A stretch of 64,000 nt of DNA from Nitrosarchaeum sp. GTDB lineage: Archaea; Thermoproteota; Nitrososphaeria; Nitrososphaerales; Nitrosopumilaceae. Shown one piece after another: positions 19,580-29,454 of this stretch (position 1 is its first letter; every line of letters begins with the position of its first letter). The notes below the pieces were generated by a model. The model was not told where the DNA came from and did no database searches. It saw nothing but the letters and a program-made list of their open reading frames with translations. Both the position numbers and the translations under genes were made by a program. The stretch is from assembly GCA_965223865.1 (NCBI GenBank), contig OZ245020.1:1280001-1344000 (forward strand), read 5' to 3'.

Positions 19580-19678
19580 GTATATTATAGACAAGTTTTG
19601 AACTTAAGATTTTCTAAAATACTCAAATGCTATTTTACTTTTTAAAATAAAATATAGTTTAAATCCTAAAAAAGAGTA

Positions 19679-19900
19679 ATGACTGAAAATACCGACTTTG
19701 AAAAACTAGAAAAAACAATCCTCGAATTTATTAAAAATAGAGCAATTCAAAATGAGTCAACCACATCGCGTCATATTCACAGAAGGTTTGATGTGCCTGT
19801 AGAGACTATCGAGCAAATCTTAATTTCCCTTTCAGGAAAAAACCTACTCAAAGAATTTTACGATGAAGAATATCAGGAAAAAAGATACACGCCTGAATAA
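19679..19900 (+). CDS. small winged-helix-like protein
   Basis: ILEFIK...TTSRHIHRRFDV...EQILISL..KNLL pattern. Confidence 0.65.
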   Translation: MTENTDFEKLEKTILEFIKNRAIQNESTTSRHIHRRFDVPVETIEQILISLSGKNLLKEFYDEEYQEKRYTPE

Positions 19901-19994
19901 ATCAAATGTTAAAAAATAGATGTTTGAATTACCTTGAGTTATTTTAACTATAATTCGTTCATTAAATTAAACAATAGTATAATCCGGAAAAAAT

Positions 19995-20080
19995 GAAAAC
20001 ACCCGTCAAAGTGTAGTGGTCGGTTTGACGATAATGGAGGGAAACTCTATTTCAGACTAGACCACTACCTAGATGTTCTC
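19995..20080. ncRNA. candidate structured RNA (pseudoknot or switch)
   Basis: Crossed helices CGTCAAA(20004-10)/TTTGACG(20024-30) and GTAGTGGTC(20013-21)/GACCACTAC(20060-68), plus a closing helix 19995-20004/20071-20080. Confidence 0.45.
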
Positions 20081-20445
20081 GTTACCTCTGTCATAAAGTA
20101 AAATAAAAAACACTCGTCGTAATTTTAAAACATTTGTAAAAAAGTTAGTAAATTTTTCAACAAATGTAAAGATTTTAAATCTTGAAAATTTTGATCGAGT
20201 CAACACAACAACTGTGAGCATGCTGATGTCTAATACTCTATTGCACTAAAACCAAATTCAAGAATAACCTATGTTCGCATTACTTTGATCCCTTTGTGAG
20301 GATAAAGCGGAATGACAAATTCCTTTCTGGTTTGTGTATATTTAATTAAAAATTATTTCAAATTTCAATTAATTCATACAGTATTTGTATTATCAGCGAG
20401 TTATGGAGGCAAAACATACAAAAACCCGAAACCTGTTTCATTAAT

Positions 20446-22047
20446 GTGCAGACAAAGTTTATTTTTGTAACAGGTGGTGTAATGTCGGGCCTTGGAAAAG
20501 GTGTGACCACTTCATCAATGGCAAAACTCTTACAATTAGCAGATCAAAAAGTTTCTTGTGTCAAAATAGACCCATATCTCAATTATGATGCAGGAACCAT
20601 GAATCCTGTAGCTCATGGAGAGGTCTTTGTTACTGATGACGGTGGAGAATGTGACATGGATATTGGTAACTATGAACGATTTTTAAATCAAAACATTCCA
20701 AAAAACCACAACATTACAACTGCTCAAGTATATTCAGCAGTAATAGATGCTGAAAGAAAAGGAGAATATCTAGGGGCATGTGTGCAAATTATCCCCCATG
20801 TTACAGACGAGATAAAAAATAGAATCAAAAAAATTGCTGAAGATGAAAAATTAGATTTTTTGATTGTAGAGTGTGGTGGAACAGTTGGAGACATAGAATC
20901 TCTTCCCTTTTTAGAAGCATTAAGACAAATGAGAGTAGAGGAAGGTCCTCAAAATGTGATTTTTATACATGTTACACTGGCACCATCTTTAGATGTAGTA
21001 GGAGAACAAAAGACAAAACCTACCCAACACAGTGTTCAAGAGCTACGTAGGATTGGTATTCAACCAGACTTTTTGGCAGTAAGATGTACTCTGCCATTAG
21101 AAGAAAAAACAAAGAAAAAGATTGCATTGTTCACTAATGTCACAGTAAATGATGTATTATCATGCCATGACGTAAAATCCATTTTTCAGGTTCCACAAAT
21201 ATTGTATGATCAAGGCATACTTGATTCTATTTTTAGGAAATTTGGAAAAGTTGGCATGGTAAATGCATCTACTAATTGGGACAAATGGAATACTATTGCA
21301 GAATCGATGATAAACCATGAAGATCAAAAAGTACGAATTGTAATGGTTGGAAAATATGTCACACTATCTGACAGTTACGTGAGTGTAAACCATGCATTAA
21401 AACATGCAGGAGCAAAACTTGGAAAATCAATAGAAATTGATTGGATTGACTCAGAATCCATCTCTGATTATAAGATATTATCAAAATATGATGGAATTCT
21501 AGTACCTGGAGGATTTGGAACCCGTGGCTCTGAGGGAATAATTAACACTGCAAATTATGCAAGAGAAAACAATATCCCCTATCTTGGAATATGTTTTGGA
21601 TTTCAACTAGCTGCAATTGCTTATGGTAGAAATGTTTTGAATTTAGAGGATGCAAACTCAACTGAAATTAAAAAGGATGCGAAAAATCCTGTAGTTGATT
21701 TATTGCCAGAACAAAAAGAAGTCTCTGATCTTGGAGGTTCTCTAAGACTAGGCGCAAATGATATTTTGGTAAAATCAGATACAATTGCACATAAAATCTA
21801 CAATACTGACACAATCTCAAAAAGACACAGACATAGATACGAAATTAATAAAAAATACATTCCAGAATTTGAAAAAAAAGGAATGTTTTTCTCAGCTGAA
21901 AGCGATAATGGAAAGAGAATGGAAATGCTTGAAATTCCAAGCCATAAGTTCTATCTTGGAGTACAATTTCATCCAGAGTTTAACAGCAGACCTGGTTTTC
22001 CTGAGGAGTCATTTGAGGCATTTATTCAGGCAGCTTCTGAAAATTAA
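20446..22047 (+). CDS. pyrG: CTP synthase
   Basis: TGGVMSGLGKG, KIDPYLNYDAGTM, KTKPTQHSV, GICFG, RHRHRYE and QFHPEF motifs. Confidence 0.98.
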   Translation: MQTKFIFVTGGVMSGLGKGVTTSSMAKLLQLADQKVSCVKIDPYLNYDAGTMNPVAHGEVFVTDDGGECDMDIGNYERFLNQNIPKNHNITTAQVYSAVIDAERKGEYLGACVQIIPHVTDEIKNRIKKIAEDEKLDFLIVECGGTVGDIESLPFLEALRQMRVEEGPQNVIFIHVTLAPSLDVVGEQKTKPTQHSVQELRRIGIQPDFLAVRCTLPLEEKTKKKIALFTNVTVNDVLSCHDVKSIFQVPQILYDQGILDSIFRKFGKVGMVNASTNWDKWNTIAESMINHEDQKVRIVMVGKYVTLSDSYVSVNHALKHAGAKLGKSIEIDWIDSESISDYKILSKYDGILVPGGFGTRGSEGIINTANYARENNIPYLGICFGFQLAAIAYGRNVLNLEDANSTEIKKDAKNPVVDLLPEQKEVSDLGGSLRLGANDILVKSDTIAHKIYNTDTISKRHRHRYEINKKYIPEFEKKGMFFSAESDNGKRMEMLEIPSHKFYLGVQFHPEFNSRPGFPEESFEAFIQAASEN

Positions 22048-22054
22048 CTTAAAA

Positions 22055-23056
22055 TCATTCTATCTTTGATATTTCATAGATTTTTTGTCGAGCATCTCTG
22101 ATTGATACTTTCTTTTTTACATATCCTTTCTTTAACAAATGACTGAGGGCCAGCCTTACTGTTCTGTCAGGAAGAAGTGTCTTGTTTGCAAGATCTTTTT
22201 GTGTTAGTGCTCCTTCATATTCTAGGGTTTTAAGTAATAATTTAGAGCTTGGAGGCATACTAAGCAATTCTTCTGCTAAATGAACTTTCTTTGCAAGCGC
22301 CGAAATTGCTGTGGAATCTTTTTTTAGACGAATTATTTTTGCTGGAGGGAAAAACTGAGTACATTCAACCATTTTATCTACTTTGTATCTATCTAAACCA
22401 TCAAGGACAACTTCACAATGAAGCCTTGCTGCAATGTCGTCAATTTCAATAGATGACGAATTTGATACAATTATTGGTCTTCTAGTAACATCCAGAGAGT
22501 TTACAGATATGATTTCAAATACATCCGAGTCTTGAAAGATTACAGGACCTCCTGCCGACATTGAATATGCAGAAGAACCGATTGGAGTAGAAATTATTAT
22601 TCCGTCACTGTTATCATGCCATACTTCTTCACCATTTACACGCAAAGTATGTTCCATTAACATTGCACTCTTTGATGAAAAGACCGCTACATCATTTAGA
22701 ACAGGATAGACATTTTTTCCATCAATTTTAACTCCTAGTCTTGGGACTTCCTCAACTGTGTAATTTTGTTTTTTTAAAATGTTAACAAATGATGAAAATT
22801 CTCGAAGATCAACTTGGGCTAAAAACCCACTTGATTCTCCTTCGCTAATTCCTAATACTGGTAGCACTGAATCAAATGTTCTATGAAAATAATTGCGAAC
22901 TCCCTTATCTCCGCCTAAAACGATTATGCAATCAGCTTGTTTTGTTTTTGATTTTGAAGTAATTGTATATGATTTTATTCCAACTTCTTCAAGAATTTTT
23001 TTTATCGTCTTTGCTGATGAATCTGTAGTTCCAGAACCATATATGCCGATTTGCAC
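22055..23056 (-). CDS. NAD kinase with C-terminal winged-helix domain
   Basis: LGGDKG, LNDV and DGIIISTPIGSSAYSMSAGGP motifs, followed by a C-terminal MarR-like LTQKDLANKT...VRLALSHLLKKGYV. Confidence 0.9.
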   Translation of the reverse strand: MQIGIYGSGTTDSSAKTIKKILEEVGIKSYTITSKSKTKQADCIIVLGGDKGVRNYFHRTFDSVLPVLGISEGESSGFLAQVDLREFSSFVNILKKQNYTVEEVPRLGVKIDGKNVYPVLNDVAVFSSKSAMLMEHTLRVNGEEVWHDNSDGIIISTPIGSSAYSMSAGGPVIFQDSDVFEIISVNSLDVTRRPIIVSNSSSIEIDDIAARLHCEVVLDGLDRYKVDKMVECTQFFPPAKIIRLKKDSTAISALAKKVHLAEELLSMPPSSKLLLKTLEYEGALTQKDLANKTLLPDRTVRLALSHLLKKGYVKKKVSIRDARQKIYEISKIE

Positions 23057-23092
23057 ATTGAATCAAAACGAGCAGTATAATAAAAGGATGTA

Positions 23093-23962
23093 CTAGATAG
23101 TCCTGTATTTTAACAAATTGTAAAAATAAGAAGCATTAGTCTGAACTTGATTTCTTTGAGGAATTTTTAGCAATCCTACTTTTTTTGAATCAAGTGCAGC
23201 TTGAGCCGAACCTCCTGCAAAACACAATGCCCACAAAAAGTCTTTCTCTTTTAACATTGTACAACAAAATGTAGCACAAAAGATATCTCCAATTCCGGTG
23301 GTGTCATAGATATTTTTATTTGGAAGTTTTATAGAGTAAACCTTGTCTTTTACCAGTAAAGAGACGTCTGTTTTATCTGTCAAGAGGACATGTTCTGCTC
23401 CTTTTTTCTGAAGTGCTAACATCATTTCATCATTGGTTCCATTGACAATACATTTGGCCTCTTCAGGATTTACTTTGATGGCACTAATTTCAGATAAATC
23501 AAGTTTGGTTTTTTCTAAAACAACATTGTTTTCTGTATCTTTTCTTCTCAAAAATCCTTGAGGATCTACCATTGTAAAGTTTGAATCTTTTTTTATTCTA
23601 TCAAAAACTTCATTTGTAATCTCATGATAAATCGGACTTATAAGAAATCCATCGGCATCTGTCCCGTCATATTCAATTGGTTCACATTCATTTTCTATTT
23701 TTAGGGTTCTATCGACACCTGTGATGTTTATGGCAAATCTAGTTGTTGGTTTTTCAGATTCGCTATTTTCAAATTTTATTTTATTATCTGTCAGATATTG
23801 CTGTGGAAAATCCTTTCCAAATTTTGTAAAAAGATCTACATCAAACTTGAATTCTCTAGCTGTAATTCCACAATAGCATGCAGCACCACCTATTTGAGGA
23901 TAGTTGGAACTCTCTAAAGTGATTGAATCAATTGCGCAATGTGAGAAAACAGCTAGTTTCAT
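23093..23962 (-). CDS. PfkB/ribokinase family kinase
   Basis: IGGAACY, VDPQG, KVNPEE and DTTGIGDIF motifs. Confidence 0.9.
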   Translation of the reverse strand: MKLAVFSHCAIDSITLESSNYPQIGGAACYCGITAREFKFDVDLFTKFGKDFPQQYLTDNKIKFENSESEKPTTRFAINITGVDRTLKIENECEPIEYDGTDADGFLISPIYHEITNEVFDRIKKDSNFTMVDPQGFLRRKDTENNVVLEKTKLDLSEISAIKVNPEEAKCIVNGTNDEMMLALQKKGAEHVLLTDKTDVSLLVKDKVYSIKLPNKNIYDTTGIGDIFCATFCCTMLKEKDFLWALCFAGGSAQAALDSKKVGLLKIPQRNQVQTNASYFYNLLKYRTI

Positions 23963-24223
23963 TTTATGAGGTTAATGATCCTTATGATTTAGTTTTTTGC
24001 ATTTTCTTCTCAAAACATTTCTTACACATGATGTCTCCTTTTGATAAGACCAATTCTACATTTGATTCAAAACAGACATGACACAACCCATGCATTAACT
24101 ATCAATGAGATGAAACCGATCTAGAATTAAAACATGTTTGATTTTTGAGGCAATTTTAGGCATAATTCAAGCACTTTTTACAATTATCCGCAAGAATATA
24201 AAGAGGCAAAACCGTATTTGATC

Positions 24224-24511
24224 ATGCCACTTAAGCGTGCAAGTAGAGGACGAACCAAAGGCGGAAAAGGCTCATCTGGAGTTGTACAATGTACAAACTG
24301 TGGACAGACAGTTCCTAAAGACAAGGCAAAAAAAGTCACATCAAGACTAAATCTAGTTGAACACACATTGGCAAAAGAACTGCGAGCTCAAGGAGCATAC
24401 ATTGCATCACCAACGGTTTTGAAATGGTATTGTATTTCATGTGCAATTCACTTTAAAATTCTAAAAATTAGATCTGCTGATAATAGAAGAAAACGTGGAA
24501 AGTTGCGATAG
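24224..24511 (+). CDS. rps26e: 30S ribosomal protein S26e
   Basis: KRASRGRTKGGKG, CTNCG.VPKDKA and YCISCAIH motifs. Confidence 0.96.
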   Translation: MPLKRASRGRTKGGKGSSGVVQCTNCGQTVPKDKAKKVTSRLNLVEHTLAKELRAQGAYIASPTVLKWYCISCAIHFKILKIRSADNRRKRGKLR

Positions 24512-24513
24512 AA

Positions 24514-25086
24514 CTATTCTTTGATATTTTTTGCAGTAAAAATCATTCTCTGAATTAAGGTAATTCCTGCAATTATGACTACAATAATTACTGCAGGTTC
24601 CATAAACCCAATCATACCAATTATTGCAATTACCAGCAATCTTTCTGCTCTTTCTCCAATTCCAACTCCTTGAAGTTTTATGTTAATTGCATCTGATTTT
24701 GCTCGTGCATAACTGACCAATAGTGATAATGTTATAGCAAGAAATACGAGGTATGGCTCTGCATACTCTCCAATTAATATCCCTAAAAATATTGCAACCT
24801 CTGCAATCTTGTCAAACATTGAATCAAGATAAGACCCCTTTTGGGATGTTTTTCCTGTAACTCTTGCAACTTGACCATCTACCATATCAAAGAATCCTGA
24901 AACAAGTAACAAAATACCTCCAAGAATCAATCCATATTCAATTCCTAGACCATAAACTATAGCAGAAGCTAATGCAAAAATCAGTCCAACACTGGTCCAA
25001 AAGTTTGGAGATAGTCCAGTGGAGGCAAAACCTCTTCCTATTTTTTCAAGGCTTGGTCTTAGACGGTCTCTGAGATTATTTAACAC
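24514..25086 (-). CDS. CDP-alcohol phosphatidyltransferase (archaetidylinositol phosphate synthase-like)
   Basis: DMVDGQVAR...GSYLDSMFD, VSYARA and ERAER motifs. Confidence 0.92.
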   Translation of the reverse strand: MLNNLRDRLRPSLEKIGRGFASTGLSPNFWTSVGLIFALASAIVYGLGIEYGLILGGILLLVSGFFDMVDGQVARVTGKTSQKGSYLDSMFDKIAEVAIFLGILIGEYAEPYLVFLAITLSLLVSYARAKSDAINIKLQGVGIGERAERLLVIAIIGMIGFMEPAVIIVVIIAGITLIQRMIFTAKNIKE

Positions 25087-25171
25087 GAAATTCCCCCAAA
25101 AACCAACTATATAAAAAATGAGAAAATAAGTAATAGGGTTTATTGATAAATTTTAGAAATTTAGGCTCAAA

Positions 25172-25336
25172 TTAGAGAGGTTCATCAAATATCATGCATT
25201 CTGTATGAATGGGGTCATCTACATAATGAAAGCAACATGAGCATTGGAATTTTATTGGCTGCTCACAAACAACACATGTATTCATAATTTCAAGGTCTTC
25301 TCCACAGTTTCTACATGAATCAATTCTTGTGTTCAT
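25172..25336 (-). CDS. 54-aa multi-CxxC zinc-ribbon microprotein
   Basis: CRNCG..L.....CVVC..P..F.CSCC......IHTEC, with the same spacing as 1865..2035. Confidence 0.8.
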   Translation of the reverse strand: MNTRIDSCRNCGEDLEIMNTCVVCEQPIKFQCSCCFHYVDDPIHTECMIFDEPL

Positions 25337-25405
25337 AGATGGGGCTAAACAAATAAGGATAAAACTCATTCAAAGTAATTTGTGCTAGATATTTGTCAAT
25401 AATAT

Positions 25406-26281
25406 TTACTGATTTTGGGATAGATTCATTGCAATCAAAGTAGAGATTATCTTTGCAGCAAGAGAGGCAGTAGAACCATTGTCAAATTGGGGATTTAACT
25501 CTACAATATCAACCCCTGAGACTTTGGTGTCTTTAAGGGAGTGAATCAAATCAAAAAGTTCACGAGAAGTAATTCCAACAGATTCAGGATTTCCAACTCC
25601 TGGAGCAAAAGCAGGATCTAAAACATCAAGATCAAAGCTAGCATACATTGAATCAAAGGAAGATGCAAATTCTCCTAATAGTTCCGGACCCGTTCCTTCT
25701 CTTATCTGTCTGTCAGAGATTGTTTTGATATTATTTTCAGTTAAAAATTCTAGTTCTTCTTTTACAAAGGCTCTTGCTCCTACATGTAAAATGTTGTCGG
25801 CCCCTCTTTCTTCTACAATTCTTCTTAGGTATGCTGCATGGCTTAATTTTGTGTCAGCATATTCATCTCTTAGATCATAATGTGCATCAAAGACAACATA
25901 ACCTGTCTCTTTGGGAAAACTTGTGTATGTGCCAAATGTGATAGAATGCTCTCCTCCCAAGATGAAGAGTTGTCTTTTTTTTGAAACAAGCTCAGTTGTT
26001 ATTTTTTTTACCATATCGATCATTACAGTAGGAGAAACAGTATGAGTCATATTTCCCAAATCTTCAATGTTTACAGTCTCTAAATCCACTCCAAACTGTG
26101 GATGAAATATCTCAATGTTGTTAAATGCATCACGTATTACATCTGGTCCAAATCTGCATCCAGGCTTGTAAGAATGCGTAGAATCAAATGGAATCCCAAA
26201 AATTGTTGCTGCTGGTTCTCCCTCTTCATTAGATGATGTAATTAGTGGATTTTGATTCAGGTATAAATCAAGAAAACTCAT
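25406..26281 (-). CDS. speB: agmatinase
   Basis: GGEHS, FDAHYD, SFDLDVLDPAFAPG and DIVELNP motifs. Confidence 0.95.
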   Translation of the reverse strand: MSFLDLYLNQNPLITSSNEEGEPAATIFGIPFDSTHSYKPGCRFGPDVIRDAFNNIEIFHPQFGVDLETVNIEDLGNMTHTVSPTVMIDMVKKITTELVSKKRQLFILGGEHSITFGTYTSFPKETGYVVFDAHYDLRDEYADTKLSHAAYLRRIVEERGADNILHVGARAFVKEELEFLTENNIKTISDRQIREGTGPELLGEFASSFDSMYASFDLDVLDPAFAPGVGNPESVGITSRELFDLIHSLKDTKVSGVDIVELNPQFDNGSTASLAAKIISTLIAMNLSQNQ

Positions 26282-26285
26282 AATT

Positions 26286-28142
26286 TTACACCATAAGTTG
26301 TGGTCTCTGAGATAGATACTTTGGAAGATTCAAACCAGAAAATGGTTTTCCTTTGGTTTGTTCATTTACTTCATTGATAAAATCATCAAATGACAATTCT
26401 CTGACATTTCTTGTCATTCTGTCACGAATACTAAGATTTTCTGAATTTGTTTCTTTTTCACCAATTACCAAGATGTATCGTATCCATTCTTTTTCAGCTT
26501 CTCGAATTCTTTTTCCTATGCTCTCATTTCTATCATCAACATCAACTCGAATGTTTTGTTTTGATATTTTCTCAGAAAGTTTGTTGGAAAAATCAAAAAA
26601 TTCCTCTTTTAATGGAATTACCCTTACTTGTGTTGGTGCAAGCCATAAGGGATATTGTGGCTTTCTTCCTTCTTTGGAATCTTTTGCTGCCTTTTCTAGC
26701 AATGCATAGATAATTCTCTCAATTGCACCGCTTGGAGAATTGTGTAAAATTATTGGATTTTTTGGAACATTGTTCTCATCGACAAATTCTATTCCATATC
26801 TATTTCCATTTTCAACATCTATTTGATCAGTAGATAATGCAGATGCTTTTCCAAGATTATCCACATAGTTAAATTCCCATTTTAAAACAAAATAGAAAAA
26901 CTTCTCTTTCCACATCTCAACTAGAACTGGCTTACCATGTTTTTTTACCAGTTCTTCAATAGATGACTTGTTTTCATTGTAATAGTCTTCAGTAAATCTA
27001 ATTGCCATCTCATAGTCAGATTCTTCAATTCCAAGTTCTTTTAGAACATCTCTTGATAAATCAAATCTGACCTTTATTTCCTCTATTGCTTGTTTCAAAT
27101 CTTTACAAAATGCATGACAATCAGGCATGGTAAATGCGCGTAATCTACGTAATCCTACTAATTCTCCAGATTGTTCACGTCTAAAAGAATAACGAGTAAG
27201 CTCGTATAACCGATATGGTAGATTTTTGTAAGACATTTGAAATTCGTTTGCCATTAGGAATTGCCCAAAACACGCAGCAAATCTCAAAAAGAGCTTTTTT
27301 CCTTCTGAATCAATATTGTATTGTCTTGCGGGAAATCTGTTGAAATAACTTACCATGCTTGGATGATGTGAATCATACATAATTGGAGTTTCAACTTCAA
27401 ACCCTCCATACTCTTTTACTCTTTCTGTAACATATCTTTCAATCAATGATTTTATCAAACGGCCATTTGGAAAGAATCGCATATTTCCAGAGTCTGATGC
27501 TGGTTCATAATCCGCAATTGCCATCTTTTTCATCAAAGCAACATGTGGTGGTGGTTCATCAACACTTCGTTTTTTTGCGGCTTCATATTTTGCAAGCACT
27601 TCTAATTTTTTGTGTTTTGAAAAATTAAATTCAGAAACATCAGTCATCGTTCCATCTGGAGAAAGTATTTTCCAAAAAGATTTGATTTTAGATTCTCCTT
27701 TCAAAGCCTCAGAAGTAATTTCTTTTTCTTGTCCCGATTCTGTTGTTATTACTTTGGAGCTCTCTGCAAGTGGATGTCCTTTTACTTGAACTTTATAGGA
27801 TTTTGTCCAACCAAAAGGAGAATGAGAAACATCAAGACCTAATGCCAATGATTCCATCTCTTTTAGTATAGACATTGCAGTAGATGGTGCTGCCAAATTT
27901 GAACTCAAATGAGCATAAGGATACAAGAGCAATTTTTTACAACCAATTTTTTCCATTGAATCTTTAATCTGAGATATGGCCTTTTGTGCAACAGATGAAT
28001 CATCTCCATCTTCAATTGCTACAAAGGCAACAACAATCTCTTCTAGCTTTTTGGTTTCTGGCACAATATCTTCCGCAGTTTTGATCTCTTTTTTGGTAGG
28101 AGTATACTCTATACTATCACAATGAAGTTGTAATATGCGCAC
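26286..28142 (-). CDS. thrS: threonine--tRNA ligase (archaeal type with N-terminal editing domain)
   Basis: LYPYAHLSS, PFGW, LRFAACFG, FRREQSGE and LRAFTMPDCH motifs. Confidence 0.97.
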   Translation of the reverse strand: MRILQLHCDSIEYTPTKKEIKTAEDIVPETKKLEEIVVAFVAIEDGDDSSVAQKAISQIKDSMEKIGCKKLLLYPYAHLSSNLAAPSTAMSILKEMESLALGLDVSHSPFGWTKSYKVQVKGHPLAESSKVITTESGQEKEITSEALKGESKIKSFWKILSPDGTMTDVSEFNFSKHKKLEVLAKYEAAKKRSVDEPPPHVALMKKMAIADYEPASDSGNMRFFPNGRLIKSLIERYVTERVKEYGGFEVETPIMYDSHHPSMVSYFNRFPARQYNIDSEGKKLFLRFAACFGQFLMANEFQMSYKNLPYRLYELTRYSFRREQSGELVGLRRLRAFTMPDCHAFCKDLKQAIEEIKVRFDLSRDVLKELGIEESDYEMAIRFTEDYYNENKSSIEELVKKHGKPVLVEMWKEKFFYFVLKWEFNYVDNLGKASALSTDQIDVENGNRYGIEFVDENNVPKNPIILHNSPSGAIERIIYALLEKAAKDSKEGRKPQYPLWLAPTQVRVIPLKEEFFDFSNKLSEKISKQNIRVDVDDRNESIGKRIREAEKEWIRYILVIGEKETNSENLSIRDRMTRNVRELSFDDFINEVNEQTKGKPFSGLNLPKYLSQRPQLMV

Positions 28143-28302
28143 ATTTTCAGACTCAAATTATAATTGAATTAAATCTTTGGCTCTTTTTAGAATAATTTTT
28201 GATTGATCAGGCATGTTAATTCCAGTTAGGCCAAATTCAAACAAACCTTTTCTGTCGTTTGGTTAAACAAAAATTTTTGTTAAAATAAAAATTAAAGAAA
28301 AA

Positions 28303-29292
28303 TTATTGATTTTTGAGACTTTCAAGAGTATCAAGCATTACTCTAATTTGTTCTTGAATTATTAATTCTAGATTTTGTAATCTCTCAGTTAGTTCTCTGA
28401 TTTGTTGACGTAGTGCTTTATTTTCCTCTCTTAGTTCTTCAAGTTCTGTTTGCTCATCATTGCTCTCATCTGAATCATCATTGGTTTCAACTTTATCTTC
28501 AAATTCAAAAGTAATAACTTCTTCAATTTCTTCTACAGTCAAGTCAGTTCTAGATGCAATTTCGTCAATGATATCTTGCTTATTACTCCAGTCCATTTCA
28601 AACTCGAGTTCTTTATCATCGTAATATACTTCGACTTTAGCAGTATTGTCTTCAACTTCTACTTCTATCTCAAGTTCATCATTGCTCTCATCTGAATCAT
28701 CATTGGTTTCAACTTTATCTTCAAATTCAAAAGTAATAACTTCTTCAATTTCTTCTACAGTCAAGTCAGTTCTAGATGCAATTTCGTCAATGATATCTTG
28801 CTTATTACTCCAGTCCATTTCAAACTCGAGTTCTTTATCATCGTAATATACTTCGACTTTAGCAGTATTGTCTTCAACTTCTACTTCTATCTCAAGTTCA
28901 TCATTGCTCTCATCTGAATCATCATTGGTTTCAACTGAATCAAACATTACACGAATCACGGTAGTTCCAGTACTCTTGAGATCCTCTTTAATCGAATTAG
29001 ATTGGTCGTCTACTTTACATGCAACTTCAACTTTAGAAACACTAGATGGAACATATCCTGAAGCCACACCGCCAGCGTTTGTTTGAACTTCTAATTCTTT
29101 CTCGTTATCATCAGATGTTTCCCATTCAATTACACATTTAGCTCCTAGTGGCTCATTGTTAGAATTTCTTACTTGAATCAGAACTTTTTTGTCTTTATCA
29201 TTTACAGCAAAGGAATTTCCAATTTCTCCTCCTACTAGACCAGTTACTAAAACTATCATGAGAAAAAATGTAGATAGTCTAAAACCCTTCAT
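28303..29292 (-). CDS. secreted acidic protein with duplicated 74-aa domain and C-terminal coiled coil
   Basis: Signal peptide, a beta-rich domain with two Cys, a D/E-rich repeat, and ELREENKALRQQIRELTERLQNLE coiled coil. Confidence 0.85.
   Translation of the reverse strand: MKGFRLSTFFLMIVLVTGLVGGEIGNSFAVNDKDKKVLIQVRNSNNEPLGAKCVIEWETSDDNEKELEVQTNAGGVASGYVPSSVSKVEVACKVDDQSNSIKEDLKSTGTTVIRVMFDSVETNDDSDESNDELEIEVEVEDNTAKVEVYYDDKELEFEMDWSNKQDIIDEIASRTDLTVEEIEEVITFEFEDKVETNDDSDESNDELEIEVEVEDNTAKVEVYYDDKELEFEMDWSNKQDIIDEIASRTDLTVEEIEEVITFEFEDKVETNDDSDESNDEQTELEELREENKALRQQIRELTERLQNLELIIQEQIRVMLDTLESLKNQ
28454..28936. repeat. intragenic 222-bp tandem repeat (about 2.2 copies)
   Basis: The unit beginning TCATCATTGCTCTCATCTGAATC recurs at 28454, 28676 and 28898. 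The copies look identical by eye. Confidence 0.95.
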
Positions 29293-29454
29293 TGTCGATT
29301 AGACTACAAGTTGGCATATATCCAATTCTAATTTTTGTTGAGCAATCATTAAGTATGATAAAACTTTGGTTTTTATGTTAATTTTAGTAATTTTTAAACT
29401 TGTACTTCCGATTATTCAGGCTTGAAATTTTCTATATTATGTTGAATTTTAATA

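Noticed and set aside
20012-20068. tRNA-like look on the minus strand (GTAGTGG...CCACTAC-A, CTAGTCTG, TCAAA)
   Set aside because: It is only about 57 nt, with no anticodon stem and no proper T-arm. Kept only as an unclassified structured RNA.
20004-20068. Fluoride riboswitch or HDV/hammerhead ribozyme
   Set aside because: The topology is similar, but the conserved nucleotides (GAUG..GUUC, CUGANGA plus stem II, P1.1 GG) are absent.
28454-28936. Possible CRISPR array
   Set aside because: The intervening segments are identical, 183 bp long and in-frame coding sequence. No cas genes are present.
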